This document shows, one piece after another, positions 1-10,224 of a DNA stretch of 64,000 nucleotides. Below the pieces are notes generated by a model that was given only the letters and a program-made list of their open reading frames with translations, was not told the DNA's origin and searched no databases. Within the stretch, counting starts at the first letter, position 1, and the number at the start of each line of letters is the position of its first letter. The stretch spans positions 1,984,001 through 2,048,000 of the forward strand of contig CBDCTH010000012.1 in assembly GCA_965222155.1 (NCBI GenBank), in the 5' to 3' direction. This stretch comes from Gammaproteobacteria bacterium. Lineage in GTDB: Bacteria; Pseudomonadota; Gammaproteobacteria; Eutrophobiales; Eutrophobiaceae. The position numbers were made by a program, and so were the translations under genes.

Positions 1-780
1 TCGGTCCCGGCCAGCCTGTTTTGTCTTTGGTTTGGCGCACCGCTGAGTGATGCCCCCTGGATCGCCGACCTGTCTGATCGTATTCTAAAGATTTTCAGCA
101 ATAATCCTGAATATACCCCCGGTATCATCGCTGCCTACGATGAATTGTTTCCCTACGTCCAAAACCTCATAGACAATGCAATGGAAGCACCGAAGGAAAA
201 TCTCCTTGCCAATTTCATTGCCGAACATCAGGCTGGCCATTTCAATGAACAGGAGTTGTTCCACATTGTCTCCATGTTTAATGAGGCCAGTACCGACAAC
301 ACCGCCCATGGTATCGCCACGGTCATCGGCCGGCTTACGAGTGATCAGCAACGTTGGCAACAGATCATTGATCATCCTGAATTGATTCCTGCTGCTGTTA
401 ACGAATGTATCCGTTTGTCTGCCCGTATCAATACACTGATCCGCTACGCTTCAGAAGACCTGGAATACGGTGGAGTCCTGATCCCTGAGGGCACACCGGC
501 CCATCATCTGATACCCGCGGCCCACCGGGACCCGAGGGTCTATACCGATCCATTACGCTACGATCCGACCCGGAAAGTTGTCCACCATCTGCTGGACTTT
601 GGCGGCGGTATATACTCCTGTCTCGGTCAGTATGTAGCATTAATTGAGATCCAGGAAGCCGTTGCAGAACTGGTAAGCAGCTACTCCAATGCCCGATTAA
701 AAAGCTTTAAGATAAACACCAATATGTTTGTCAGCGAAGTAAGCGAACTCAGAGTCGAGTTAAATGGGAGCGGAACATAA
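1..780 (+). CDS. Cytochrome P450, 5'-truncated by the window edge
   Basis: Frame is open from base 1. ExxR motif (NECIR), PLRYDP (PERF-like) and heme-thiolate motif FGGGIYSCLG. Confidence 0.9.
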   Translation, partial: SVPASLFCLWFGAPLSDAPWIADLSDRILKIFSNNPEYTPGIIAAYDELFPYVQNLIDNAMEAPKENLLANFIAEHQAGHFNEQELFHIVSMFNEASTDNTAHGIATVIGRLTSDQQRWQQIIDHPELIPAAVNECIRLSARINTLIRYASEDLEYGGVLIPEGTPAHHLIPAAHRDPRVYTDPLRYDPTRKVVHHLLDFGGGIYSCLGQYVALIEIQEAVAELVSSYSNARLKSFKINTNMFVSEVSELRVELNGSGT

Positions 781-788
781 GACGGCTG

Positions 789-922
789 TAGAATGGGGTC
801 AGGTCGCACAATGCACACTTGAGGCTCATTCTTTCAACGTTCGGCCCACTGCAGTTCTGCTGATTCCAAAATACACTGTCACTTCACCTATAGTGTGCAT
901 TGTGCGACCTGACCCCATTCTA
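789..922. repeat. REPIN/MITE: inverted REP pair TGGGGTCAGGTCGCACAATGCACAC around a core homologous to the RAYT 3' end
   Basis: Inverted repeats visible directly. The core aligns with 1288-1365. Confidence 0.85.
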
Positions 923-1261
923 TGCATTCTATGCAGGCTTTTTGAGGGGGAAATCTTTGTAATACGTCGCAATGGAATCCTTATTCATTTTGTTATTGTA
1001 CTGAACCTCGCGACACCCAGAAAAAACGACCGTAGCCTCACCAGCGCCAGTGTGTCGAGTTTGCAGTATAAGTCTTTAGGGTCGGGCCAGTAGAACACGT
1101 ACCAATATAAGACTTGACCTGTTGTTTGTAAGTGAATTGTCGGGAACCGTTAGCAAAAATATCTGACTCGGGTCAAATTTCCCTGTACTCGATTGTCTGA
1201 TTTGGTATCAAGTATCGTTTCTGCGGCTGTGTGATCAACCCCCTTCTCTTCGACATCTAAA

Positions 1262-2287
1262 ATGGGGTCAGGTCGCGCAATGCACACCTGAGATATCTTC
1301 TTTCAACGCTCGGCCCACTGTAGTTCTGCTGACTCCGAAATACTCCGCCACTTCAACCATAGTGTAATGCCCTGACCGATAGGCAGCAGCCATAGCACTT
1401 TGACGCGTCGTGAATGCTGATTCGTAGTAGTCAAGCGGTTTGGGTGGGGCCAGCGTTTGCAGCTTCGGTATATCCTTAGAAACCTTATCCGGTTCTATAT
1501 GATTCAACATTTCCTGCACAAAGGAATCCGAACCCAGGTAAATTTGATTTTTGAGATTCTCCCAGGGTGACGGTTGGTTTTGATCGGTGTTAACAAACTC
1601 CTGGTACTTCGATCTTGCACTGTCACACCTTTCCGAAAATTCGGCTAATACCCTGTCAATTGTTAAACAAGGTTCGGGGCGTGCCAGCCCTGCCGTGGCC
1701 CGGTAACTGCTCCAGGGCCATTCTTGAGCCTGTCTCACCATCCGGGCTCGAACCGGGTTTAAAACTATGTACCGTACCAGCTCTAAAAAATAGACGTCAC
1801 TCTCAACCAGAATTCCTTTGAACCGGCCCTGGAACAAGTGCCCTACTCTGGTATGACGTTTATTATAACGTTGCGTATAAACACCGTTGAGGAAGCGCAT
1901 TCCTTTTGACAAACCGGGCTGACCGATTTCTATGAGCAAGTGATAGTGGTTGGACATCAAGCAATACGCATGACACAACCAACCAAACCGCTTGCCTGCT
2001 TCACCTAGCAGCTTAAGAAATTGATAACGGTCAAAATCATCTGAAAATATATCAGCACGTGCGTTACCGCGGGAGGTGATGTGGTAGAGTGCCCCTGCAA
2101 ATTCTATTCGGAGAGGTCTTGCCATAAGTTCATCCTTGAAAGCTACTTTAGATAAAATCTCTGTTACGGAATGCTGACTTATTCCGAGGTTAGCTGAAAT
2201 CCTACCATTAGTCTACCTGCTTTTCAAATAAATCAGGCTAATCTGGAACCTGTTACGAGCGATGTGCATTGTGCGACCTGACCCCAT
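1262..2287 (-). mobile_element. REP-flanked RAYT element (REPtron)
   Basis: ATGGGGTCAGGTCGC(G/A)CAATGCACA inverted repeats at 1262-1287 and 2263-2287 flank the transposase. Confidence 0.85.
1268..2125 (-). CDS. REP-associated tyrosine transposase (RAYT, Y1 HUH family) with C-terminal HTH
   Basis: MARPLRIE...YHITSRGN start, HUH motif NHYHLL, YIVLNPVRA, WSSY, HTH TMVEVAEYFGVSRTTVGRAL. The stop codon lies inside the left REP. Confidence 0.93.
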   Translation of the reverse strand: MARPLRIEFAGALYHITSRGNARADIFSDDFDRYQFLKLLGEAGKRFGWLCHAYCLMSNHYHLLIEIGQPGLSKGMRFLNGVYTQRYNKRHTRVGHLFQGRFKGILVESDVYFLELVRYIVLNPVRARMVRQAQEWPWSSYRATAGLARPEPCLTIDRVLAEFSERCDSARSKYQEFVNTDQNQPSPWENLKNQIYLGSDSFVQEMLNHIEPDKVSKDIPKLQTLAPPKPLDYYESAFTTRQSAMAAAYRSGHYTMVEVAEYFGVSRTTVGRALKEDISGVHCAT

Positions 2288-2467
2288 CACACACAAACAG
2301 ACCGTGATCGTGAACGCAAAGAAAAACTCCGGCGGCGACCAGCCAAGGTCGGCCGTAACAGGACCAACGAAGAATCCTTGTGAGTAATTGGTTATTGTGA
2401 GCAAGCCGCACATCATGCCTACCGTTGCGGCCAGCAACGGTCCCCAGCCTTTCTTGAATTCGTTCAT
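2288..2467 (-). pseudogene. MFS transporter N-terminal fragment cut off by the RAYT right REP
   Basis: MNEFKKGWGPLLAATVGMMCG...FFVGPVTADLGWS resembles MFS TM1-2. The frame runs into the REP after about 60 codons. Confidence 0.7.
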
Positions 2468-2556
2468 GCTATTTCCCCACGATACTGCAAAGTTTCAATA
2501 AAACTCCGCCAGTGGTGCTGGTTCTTTAGAATGGGGTCATTTAGAATGCAGTAGAA

Positions 2557-2676
2557 TGGGGTCAGGTCGCACAATGCACACTTGAGGCTCATTCTTTCGA
2601 TGTTCGGCCCAATGTAGTTCTGCTGGTTCCAAAATACACTGTCACTTCGGCTATGTGCATTGTGCGACCTGACCCC
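2557..2676. repeat. REPIN (RAYT-core type), with extra partial REP copies on both sides
   Basis: Same inverted repeats and core as 789-922. Followed by GACCTGACCCCGTT stutters and preceded by AGAATGGGGTCA. Confidence 0.85.
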
Positions 2677-3213
2677 GTTGACCTGACCCCGTTGACCTCG
2701 CATTGTTCAGCGACGCAATACGTATGCTATAGCGTGCCCATGAGCCCCAGAATCCCAAGCCGTTGATGCCGGTATTTCAATGCAAGCGAACCGATAAGTG
2801 GCGCAGTAAAAAGCCCCAAACAGCCTTTCTTGAATTCGCATGCTATTTCCCCAATATCGTGCGACGTTTCAGGAAACGACTGCGTCGGTGTGAGTTCTTG
2901 GTTAATTCGAATGGCAGCGGCACGTCATGCCTAAATGAGTGCAATCCAGCAACGGTCCCCAGCCTTTCTTGACCGTAACGTGCTGGCTGTAGTTGATGAA
3001 GATCGCTGAATCCTTGTGAGTAATTGGTTATTGTGAGCAAGCCGCACATCATGCCTACCGTTGCGGCCAGCAACCGACGTTTCAGGAAACGACTGCGTCG
3101 GTGATGCCGGTTCTTGGTTTAATTCGAATGGCAGCGGCACGTGACAGGTAAATGAGTGTCAATCCGGACAAGGTAGCCCAGGGGTCAGACCGTAACGTGC
3201 TGGCTGTAGTTGA

Positions 3214-3242
3214 TGAAGGCTGCCGCTTATGCGGCGGCTTCA
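3214..3242 (-). terminator. Probable terminator hairpin after the TonB-dependent receptor
   Basis: TGAAG-GCTGCCGC-TTAT-GCGGCGGC-TTCA just downstream of the stop codon; no clear U-tract. Confidence 0.45.
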
Positions 3243-3260
3243 CCCTGACTTCAAATGATT

Positions 3261-5927
3261 TTAGTTATATCGGTAATTAAAGGATAAACCGATTGTCCGT
3301 GGACGCAAAGAGAAAAAGTATTGATGCACACCTCCGGCGGCGGCTGCGGTATTTCCGGCAGATATATTTTGTTCATTCCCTATATTGCGCACAAACAGTG
3401 ATGCAGTCCAGTTCTCATTGGATTCCAATGCTATTGACGCATTAAACACTGCATAGGAATCAATTTCGAAGAAATCTCGTCCAAAATTTATATTTTGACT
3501 GAATGTCGATTGTGTGTCGCTGGCGTATTTTCCGTCCACATGGTAGGCAAGCGACCAGTTATTCATTTTAAGTGGTTGCAGATAATCAAGAGCGAATGTA
3601 AATGTATGGTCAGGCACACTCGGCAATGGATCACCATCTGAAACTGTAATAAGGGGGAGTACTGTGAAAGGTGGTATAAAAAAGGACCCCGTCGTTCCGG
3701 CGACATAGTCTGATATGACGAAATCCTTTGTGACCTCCGCATCGACGTATGAATATCCAATATTATATGTCAGGCCTTCACCCATGTTTCCATTCAGTTC
3801 CAGCTCAATACCTTTTGTTTCGGCTTCTTCTCCATTTAGCACAACCTTAAATCCCGCTATTACCAAAGATTCAAACTGAAATTGATCCCATTCAACAAGA
3901 TAGGCCGCTATTGAATAGTTTATATTCTCCGAGAGAGATCCTTTCAAACCTATTTCCCAATTGGTAGTCGAATCCGGTTGAAACTGGAGCAATGATGGCA
4001 AAGAGGCCTGGCGACCACCTTGTGGAAGCGCATTGGCACCGCCATGGCGGAACCCTTCGGCCCAGGTAAAATAAGCCATCATATCGTCGTTGATATTATA
4101 TGACGTGTTGACCTTGAAAATCTGATCTTCAAATTCCCGCTTTGCATCAGTAACGGTCGTACCACCTTCGAAAAACCGAGGCTGCTCGGCGCTTGAACAA
4201 AAAAGACCGCAAAAGGGTATTAATGTTTCAAAGTCGTGGGAAAATTCCTGCCAAAATGCTCGTATACCACCGGTAATCTGCCATTGGTCGCTTACGTGCC
4301 AGGTTAACTCGCCAAAGACAGCAATATCTTCAAATTTAAAAAGTCTGTCTTCTGTAAAGGTGACATCCGGTAAATTAGCGTTGTTTCTGCCGCGGGGAAA
4401 TCCAATGTTTGCTACATTGATGGTCGTATCAAATTCACTTAAACCCGGTTGCGTGGTAGTAGTCAGGCCGACCGATTCCCTGTCTTCATAATAAGCACCG
4501 ATAACGTAGTCAATCTTGTTATCTCCATTTGACGTGAGTCGAATTTCCTGTGTAAACCGCTCGGTTTCGTCAAAGGAAGATGTGACACCGGCAGCTCGTG
4601 GATAAAATGAATTAAATGTTGCCACACTTGAACCCCCCGGTGCCCTGGTAGGTAAATCAAAGCCGGTAAAATCAGGGGTATTAAAATAGCTGACTTCCGA
4701 ATAGGAAGTCGAAGATGAAATTGAAGCAATACCAACATCGATATTCACTTCAGCACTGAAAATGTCAGCCTTGCTTGCGCCGGCTGATTTGAGGAACATG
4801 GTGTGATCATAGTCACTGGCATCAGGAATCGTTACGCCACTGTTCGCGTAAAGCGTATTCCCACCTGCTCCAAGACAAGGCTGATTTGGGGTAAAAAAAT
4901 CTGCAGAGAATGCGACGCCTCCATTACAGGCATTTGCGTTGGAAAAGAATGAACCAGGAAAATTAGCGAGACTGGCGTCAACCAGACCCCCGTCAAAGCC
5001 GGGGTTAACCCCGGAAAAATCATCTACTTCACTCTTCTGGTTGAGGTAAGTCAACTGGACATCGACCGTATCTGTCGGCGCCCAATGCAGGTTGGCGCGA
5101 ATCATATGTGATTGAAGATCATTGGTATCCTCTTCCGGAGCCAGTACATATCCGCTCGCAAGGTCACCAGCTACACTTGGAACAGGCTCACCGCTACTAT
5201 CACGTTGTACAAGACCGATTCCGTCCACAAAGCCACCTAAATCATCCCAGCTCCCGACAATCCTTAAGGCCAGGGTATCTTCCACCAGGGGAACATTGAC
5301 CGCGATGTCACCGCCATAACCAAGCTCATCAGATTCCCACATCGAATCAAGATGGGTATTGACGTCCAGCGAAAACCCTTCAAAGTCGGCTGCTTTCGGT
5401 ATGAAGCGGATTGTCCCACCTAGCGAACCGGAACCGTATAATGTTCCCTGTGGGCCACGCAAAACTTCCACCCGTTCAATATCCTTCATAACCAGAGGAA
5501 AAAATAATGGAGTTTCGCCGAAATACATTGAAACTGCACCAGAACTGACATCGGTACCAAAGATGAGCCTGGAATCATTGGCATTAATGCCACGGAGAAT
5601 AAAAGTATTTCGACTTGAACGTAATGATCCGCCTTGATCCTTAAAATTGAGCCCTGGTACGAGGCGAGCGACGTCACCTATATCGAACGCTCGTGCGGTT
5701 TTCATATACTCATCTGAATATGCTGAAATATTATAGGGAATATCCTGAATACTCTGCTCTCTACGCTGTGCAGTGACTGTTATTTCTTCAAGCGGTGCTT
5801 GCGCCAACGCCGGAGATGAAAAAACACTGACCGTACATGCAACCATTACAGCAGCAGCGAAAGACTTTATTGGCGCGTTCTGAGAGGAGTTTATATTCTT
5901 GGTCCCCCGTTTCAGTTTCTTTTTCAC
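3261..5927 (-). CDS. TonB-dependent receptor
   Basis: Signal peptide, LEEITVTAQRRE TonB box, VEVLRGPQGTLYG plug motif, C-terminal PRTIGLSFNYRYN. Confidence 0.95.
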   Translation of the reverse strand: MKKKLKRGTKNINSSQNAPIKSFAAAVMVACTVSVFSSPALAQAPLEEITVTAQRREQSIQDIPYNISAYSDEYMKTARAFDIGDVARLVPGLNFKDQGGSLRSSRNTFILRGINANDSRLIFGTDVSSGAVSMYFGETPLFFPLVMKDIERVEVLRGPQGTLYGSGSLGGTIRFIPKAADFEGFSLDVNTHLDSMWESDELGYGGDIAVNVPLVEDTLALRIVGSWDDLGGFVDGIGLVQRDSSGEPVPSVAGDLASGYVLAPEEDTNDLQSHMIRANLHWAPTDTVDVQLTYLNQKSEVDDFSGVNPGFDGGLVDASLANFPGSFFSNANACNGGVAFSADFFTPNQPCLGAGGNTLYANSGVTIPDASDYDHTMFLKSAGASKADIFSAEVNIDVGIASISSSTSYSEVSYFNTPDFTGFDLPTRAPGGSSVATFNSFYPRAAGVTSSFDETERFTQEIRLTSNGDNKIDYVIGAYYEDRESVGLTTTTQPGLSEFDTTINVANIGFPRGRNNANLPDVTFTEDRLFKFEDIAVFGELTWHVSDQWQITGGIRAFWQEFSHDFETLIPFCGLFCSSAEQPRFFEGGTTVTDAKREFEDQIFKVNTSYNINDDMMAYFTWAEGFRHGGANALPQGGRQASLPSLLQFQPDSTTNWEIGLKGSLSENINYSIAAYLVEWDQFQFESLVIAGFKVVLNGEEAETKGIELELNGNMGEGLTYNIGYSYVDAEVTKDFVISDYVAGTTGSFFIPPFTVLPLITVSDGDPLPSVPDHTFTFALDYLQPLKMNNWSLAYHVDGKYASDTQSTFSQNINFGRDFFEIDSYAVFNASIALESNENWTASLFVRNIGNEQNISAGNTAAAAGGVHQYFFSLRPRTIGLSFNYRYN

Positions 5928-5966
5928 GATATTTTCCCCAGTTCGAAATCAATAATTTTGACAGTA

Positions 5967-6355
5967 TTAACCCGGATTTCTCACCAGGCCGCTTGTTGCT
6001 ATCGGAGACATGTTTTCTGTCAATGAGTGATGGAAACCTTTTCACTATATCGACATTACAGACTGCGCTTGATACGCCATTGCTTGTCTTTTTTGCGCCA
6101 GTGGGCACGTGTTCATTGCGCCCATCCCCCTGCTCAACTCCATACAGAGCTTACCCCTGCGGTTGTAAGCAGGGGGGCAGGCTCTGGGCGCAACCCTGCG
6201 GGCGGCTGTCGCCGTGCAAATCGTCTGTCCTGACGATTTGTCCCTCAACCAGAGCATAAGGGGACGGATTTGAAATCCGTCCCCGGAGAGTTCAGGCGCC
6301 CGCTGGCGCAAAAAATCCAGTGCAATCATCGTATCACCTGAGAAATCCGGGTTAA
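5967..6355. mobile_element. MITE family A (TIR AACCCGGATTTCTCAC) with two nested repeats
   Basis: TTAACCCGGATTTCTCA...TGAGAAATCCGGGTTAA. Body homologous to 13612-13850 and 28331-28573. Confidence 0.75.
6260..6284. repeat. REP palindrome GGGGACGGATTT-N-AAATCCGTCCCC
   Basis: Also at 30514-30542, 36794-36818 and 38312-38335. Confidence 0.8.
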
Positions 6356-6484
6356 AAGCTATATTGGATATAGTTTATTTAAGTCTTGGACACCAATAGC
6401 TTTTGCTTTGATTGTCATGGGAAATAGTTGCGCAACTGACTTTAGATGTTAAGCTTTTGACTTTAAAAGGTAAAAACGGCTCAA

Positions 6485-7372
6485 ATGATGGACCCCGATT
6501 GGTTGCCATTTCACCCTGCGCCCAGTTCGCCTGAATTTGTGCTGCCTGATGGGGCGGTCGATGCACACTGTCACGTATTTGGCCCCGCAGCAGAGTTTCC
6601 TTTTGCGCCAGAGAGAAAATACACCCCCTGCGATGCGAGCAAAGGCAATTTATGGCAATTGCGTGATCATCTTGGTTTCTCACGCAATGTGATTGTGCAG
6701 GCCACTTGCCATGGCGCCGACAATCATGCACTGGCGGATGCCCTGCAATCCTCCCACGGCAAGGCTCGAGGTATCGCCACGCTGCGATCGACTGTAACCG
6801 GTGACGAATTGGCACAATTGCATGCAGCCGGCGTACGCGGTGTACGCTTCAATTTTGTACAGCGCCTGGTGGATAGTTTGCCCTTTGGCGAATTGGCCGG
6901 TATTGCAGAGCGAATCGTACCTTTGGGTTGGCACGTCGTCATCTATTTTGAGGCAGCAGACCTGGCAGAGTATTACGATTTCTTCACATCTTTGCCTACC
7001 ACGGTGGTGGTAGATCATATGGGTCGCCCCGATGTCAGCCAACCGGTCAACGGCACAGGGTTTAATCTCTTTATCAAACTGTTGACCGAGAATGAGAATT
7101 TCTGGTCGAAGGTCAGTTGTCCGGAGCGGATTTCAGAAGTTGGTCCGCCAGGATATGAAGATGTCATCCCCTTCGCCCAGCGTGTGATCGACGCTTTTCC
7201 AGACCGTGTGTTATGGGGAACCGACTGGCCTCACCCCAATATGAAGTCTCACATGCCGGACGATGGTAAATTGGTAGACTTGATACCTCATATTGCCCTC
7301 ACAGAAAAACTACAACAAAAACTGCTGGTAGATAACCCCATGCGCCTGTATTGGCCGGAAGAAATCAGCTGA
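6485..7372 (+). CDS. ligI: 2-pyrone-4,6-dicarboxylate lactonase (amidohydrolase)
   Basis: DAHCHVFGP, RNVIVQATCHGADN, VLWGTDWPHPN, MPDDG; lig cluster context. Confidence 0.9.
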   Translation: MMDPDWLPFHPAPSSPEFVLPDGAVDAHCHVFGPAAEFPFAPERKYTPCDASKGNLWQLRDHLGFSRNVIVQATCHGADNHALADALQSSHGKARGIATLRSTVTGDELAQLHAAGVRGVRFNFVQRLVDSLPFGELAGIAERIVPLGWHVVIYFEAADLAEYYDFFTSLPTTVVVDHMGRPDVSQPVNGTGFNLFIKLLTENENFWSKVSCPERISEVGPPGYEDVIPFAQRVIDAFPDRVLWGTDWPHPNMKSHMPDDGKLVDLIPHIALTEKLQQKLLVDNPMRLYWPEEIS

Positions 7373-7382
7373 TGATATTGCA

Positions 7383-7434
7383 AGTGATGGGGTCAGGTCA
7401 CACATTGTGCAATGTGCGACCTGACCCCATCACT
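7383..7434. repeat. REP hairpin (GGGGTCAGGTC-CACATTG variant)
   Basis: AGTGATGGGGTCAGGTCACACATTG-TG-CAATGTGCGACCTGACCCCATCACT. Confidence 0.8.
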
Positions 7435-7440
7435 CCAGGA

Positions 7441-7601
7441 CTCTGGTTGAGGGAGCACGTGCCCGCCAGCGCAAAAAAGACAAGTGAGAGCGCATTCAGC
7501 GCTGTTTGCACCGACGACGATAGTAATAAACTGCGAATAACTCATTGACATCACGGAACTTTCCATCTATGACAAGCGAACTGGCGCAATATCCGGGTTA
7601 A
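7441..7601. mobile_element. Half copy of MITE family A
   Basis: CTCTGGTTGAGGGAGCACGTGCCCG...ATCCGGGTTAA matches the other family A copies. Confidence 0.6.
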
Positions 7602-7630
7602 GGCGCTTTTGGCAATGAACTTGTCGCCTG

Positions 7631-8899
7631 TTACGCTGTACTGTGCTTGTGAATCTCCTCTGAGACTTCCCTGAGGTACTCCAGGAACAATTCAGCCGCA
7701 GGCGAGGGTTGGGTATGGGCTCGTAGTGTCAGACCGATGGGTCGATAAGTGTCCTCCAGTACGACCGGCAAAACATCCAGTATGCCGAACTGCATGTCAT
7801 AATAAATCTGGTGTTCCGACAACAAGGCTACCCGGTCACTGTCCAACAGGAGGCCTCTCACCATGGATAGAGAACTGGTCTCCACTGCATGTTCCGGTAC
7901 GAGCATTTCATGACGCGACAGCGTCTCATCGAACAATTGCCGGCTGGGGCTTCCCCTTGCGGGTAACACCCATTGCGCGTCCTGCATGTCCTTAAAGTTG
8001 ATTCTTGACCTGCCGGCCAGCGGGTGGTCTTTGCGTGCAATCACCGACAGTCGATCTTCAAAAAGTTTTTCGGTAACAATATCAGCACGGTTTTCGACGT
8101 TGCGAATGGCACCCACTATGAAGTCGATATCACCACTTCGTAAGGACGACTCCAGCACATCGTAGGGACCCTCCCGGGTGACCACATCAATCTGGGGATA
8201 TTTTTCCAGCAACCTGTTGATGGCAACAGGTGTCAGATAGGTTCGAGTATAAGGCAGTGTTCCGATGACAACACGTCCCTGAGTCACTCCATCCAGGCTG
8301 GCGATATCGTCGATGGCTTGATGGATTTGTGAAAATGCCAGTTTGGTGTGTCGAGCGAGAATCGTGGCCAGTCCGGTCGGTGTTACCCCATTGGGTTCGC
8401 TCCGGAAAAGAGGTAATTCCAGCAACTCCTCCAGATATCGCATGGAGTTATATACTGCTGTTTTGCTTATCCCCAGGGTCTGCGCAGCGGCAGTGACGTT
8501 ACGCTTCTCATAAAGTGCTACAAAGGCTGCCAACCGCTTGTAACTGATATCCAATGAGAAAACCGGTATTGAGTGGTAGTGTCGTCCGCCGGGTTTGAAT
8601 TCCTGATATGATTTGCCGGCCTTGTCAAATTCATCTACCACCAGCCTTACCCTGCGAGCCAGGGCAACGCCATATACAGTGGGCATCATGCCCGTTGCGG
8701 CTCGGTCAAACAGCCGTGTACCCAGGGTTAATTCCAGTTCGCTGATTGCTTTAGTGATGGTGGTCTGGGAACGATTCAGCTTGTTGGCAGCGCGAGTCAC
8801 ATTTTTATATTCTGCTACGTACAGGGCAGATTTAAGATGGCGCAGACTGACTCCCGGAATGCGGAAATTATCGTTACTCACTCTGTTTCGACATGACAT
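7631..8899 (-). CDS. LysR-type regulator with duplicated HTH (GalR/LigR type)
   Basis: Two LysR HTH segments (NVTRAANKLNRSQTTIT and NVTAAAQTLGISKTAV) plus substrate domain; divergent from galD. Confidence 0.88.
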   Translation of the reverse strand: MSCRNRVSNDNFRIPGVSLRHLKSALYVAEYKNVTRAANKLNRSQTTITKAISELELTLGTRLFDRAATGMMPTVYGVALARRVRLVVDEFDKAGKSYQEFKPGGRHYHSIPVFSLDISYKRLAAFVALYEKRNVTAAAQTLGISKTAVYNSMRYLEELLELPLFRSEPNGVTPTGLATILARHTKLAFSQIHQAIDDIASLDGVTQGRVVIGTLPYTRTYLTPVAINRLLEKYPQIDVVTREGPYDVLESSLRSGDIDFIVGAIRNVENRADIVTEKLFEDRLSVIARKDHPLAGRSRINFKDMQDAQWVLPARGSPSRQLFDETLSRHEMLVPEHAVETSSLSMVRGLLLDSDRVALLSEHQIYYDMQFGILDVLPVVLEDTYRPIGLTLRAHTQPSPAAELFLEYLREVSEEIHKHSTA

Positions 8900-8960
8900 T
8901 TTTCAGTACGATAGCAGTTTTTTTACAATTATTCATGACAGGAAACAGGCATGTTGCTTT

Positions 8961-9011
8961 GGGGACGGACTTAAGCATGCCCCCGTATGTTGTCAGCGGG
9001 GGTCCGTCCCC
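8961..9011. repeat. GGGGACGGAC...GTCCGTCCCC inverted repeat in the galR-galD intergenic region
   Basis: 10-bp perfect inverted repeat related to the GGGGACGG REP family. Confidence 0.5.
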
Positions 9012-9135
9012 GGATAGACCAGGGGCATGGTGAGCATGGCCGGATTACTTTTTCGCATGGTTGGGAAATTAATTCCCATTGGTTAGCTGACCGGATTATA
9101 AATACGCTGGTATCACATAAATTGGAAGCACGAAC

Positions 9136-10224
9136 GTGAAACAGTTAGCGATACCGTATATGCAGATGCGCGGGGGGAGTTCGAAAGGTTTGTATTTCCT
9201 TTCTGAAGATTTACCCACGGACCCGGCACAGCGTAACGAAGTACTGCTTGATGCTATGGGTCGAGGTGAGCGTCAGATAGACGGTCTGGGCGGCGCCGAT
9301 CCCCTGACCAGCAAGGTGGCGATTGTTAGCCGTTCTTCCCGGCCGGACGCAGATATCGACTTCTTATTCGTACAAATAGTGGTAGGTCAGGACAAAGTCG
9401 ATACTATACCAAACTGTGGAAACATACTGGCGGGCGTTGGGCCCTTTGCCATAGAGACTGGCCTGGTGCCGGCAGATGAACAGACAACCCGACTTACTGT
9501 GCATATGGTCAACAGCGGAATATTGAGCGAGTTGGAACTGTCTACTCCCGGCGGCAAAACGGAGTACGAGGGCGAGGCTCAAATTGATGGCGTGCCAGGC
9601 AGTGCGGCGCCAGTGCTTTGCTCCTATAAGGATTTGTCCGGCTCAATCTGTGGTGAGCTCCTGCCCACCGGCCGGGTACTGGACGTTGTAGATGATGTGG
9701 AAATGACCTGCGTTGACAATGGCATGCCTGTAGTGGTTTTGCGGGCAAAAGATTTCGGCATCAGTGGCTATGAGTCACCGCTTGAACTGAACGCGAATGA
9801 GAATTTAAAGGCGAGACTGGAGTCGATTCGACTTCAAATTGGCCCCGATATGAACCTGGATGACGTGAAAAACAAGACCATTCCGAAGATGTGCCTTGTA
9901 TCGCCGGCTGTAAATGGAGGACTGGTCAACACACGAACGTTCATTCCTCATAAATGTCATGCGGCTGTCGGGGTGTTGGGGGCGGTGTCGGCAGCTAGCG
10001 CTTGCATATTACCTGGATCGGTCGTAGAGGGAATGGTCGAACGGCCGGGAGGCGAAGTCAAAACTATATCAGTGGAACACCCCATTGGAGAGTTTTCTGT
10101 AACTCTGCAAGTGGATGAATCCGGTGAATTTCCGCTAATCAAAAAAGCGGGTTTGCTGCGCACTGCGCGCCTGCTGAGCAGGGGTGTATTGTATGTTCCC
10201 GCCAGAGGGGAAAGTAAGTTATGA
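9136..10224 (+). CDS. galD: 4-oxalomesaconate tautomerase (PrpF family, GalD/LigU)
   Basis: [43 protein letters not shown]. Confidence 0.9.
   Translation: MKQLAIPYMQMRGGSSKGLYFLSEDLPTDPAQRNEVLLDAMGRGERQIDGLGGADPLTSKVAIVSRSSRPDADIDFLFVQIVVGQDKVDTIPNCGNILAGVGPFAIETGLVPADEQTTRLTVHMVNSGILSELELSTPGGKTEYEGEAQIDGVPGSAAPVLCSYKDLSGSICGELLPTGRVLDVVDDVEMTCVDNGMPVVVLRAKDFGISGYESPLELNANENLKARLESIRLQIGPDMNLDDVKNKTIPKMCLVSPAVNGGLVNTRTFIPHKCHAAVGVLGAVSAASACILPGSVVEGMVERPGGEVKTISVEHPIGEFSVTLQVDESGEFPLIKKAGLLRTARLLSRGVLYVPARGESKL

Noticed and set aside
923-1260. Continuation of the interrupted MFS gene on the other side of the RAYT
   Set aside because: The minus-strand frames contain stop codons and no hydrophobic MFS-like segments.
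789-2700. Recurring GGGGTCAGGTCGCAC repeats as a CRISPR array
   Set aside because: The repeats are inverted pairs at irregular spacing with homologous cores; no cas genes are present.
5788-6329. Small ORFs over intergenic repeats (also 13708-13941, 28249-28632, 33916-34272)
   Set aside because: These are translations of MITE/REP sequence shared among repeat copies.
7631-8899. LysR with two HTH domains as a novel regulator
   Set aside because: This architecture is already known for GalR/LigR-type regulators of gallate and protocatechuate clusters.
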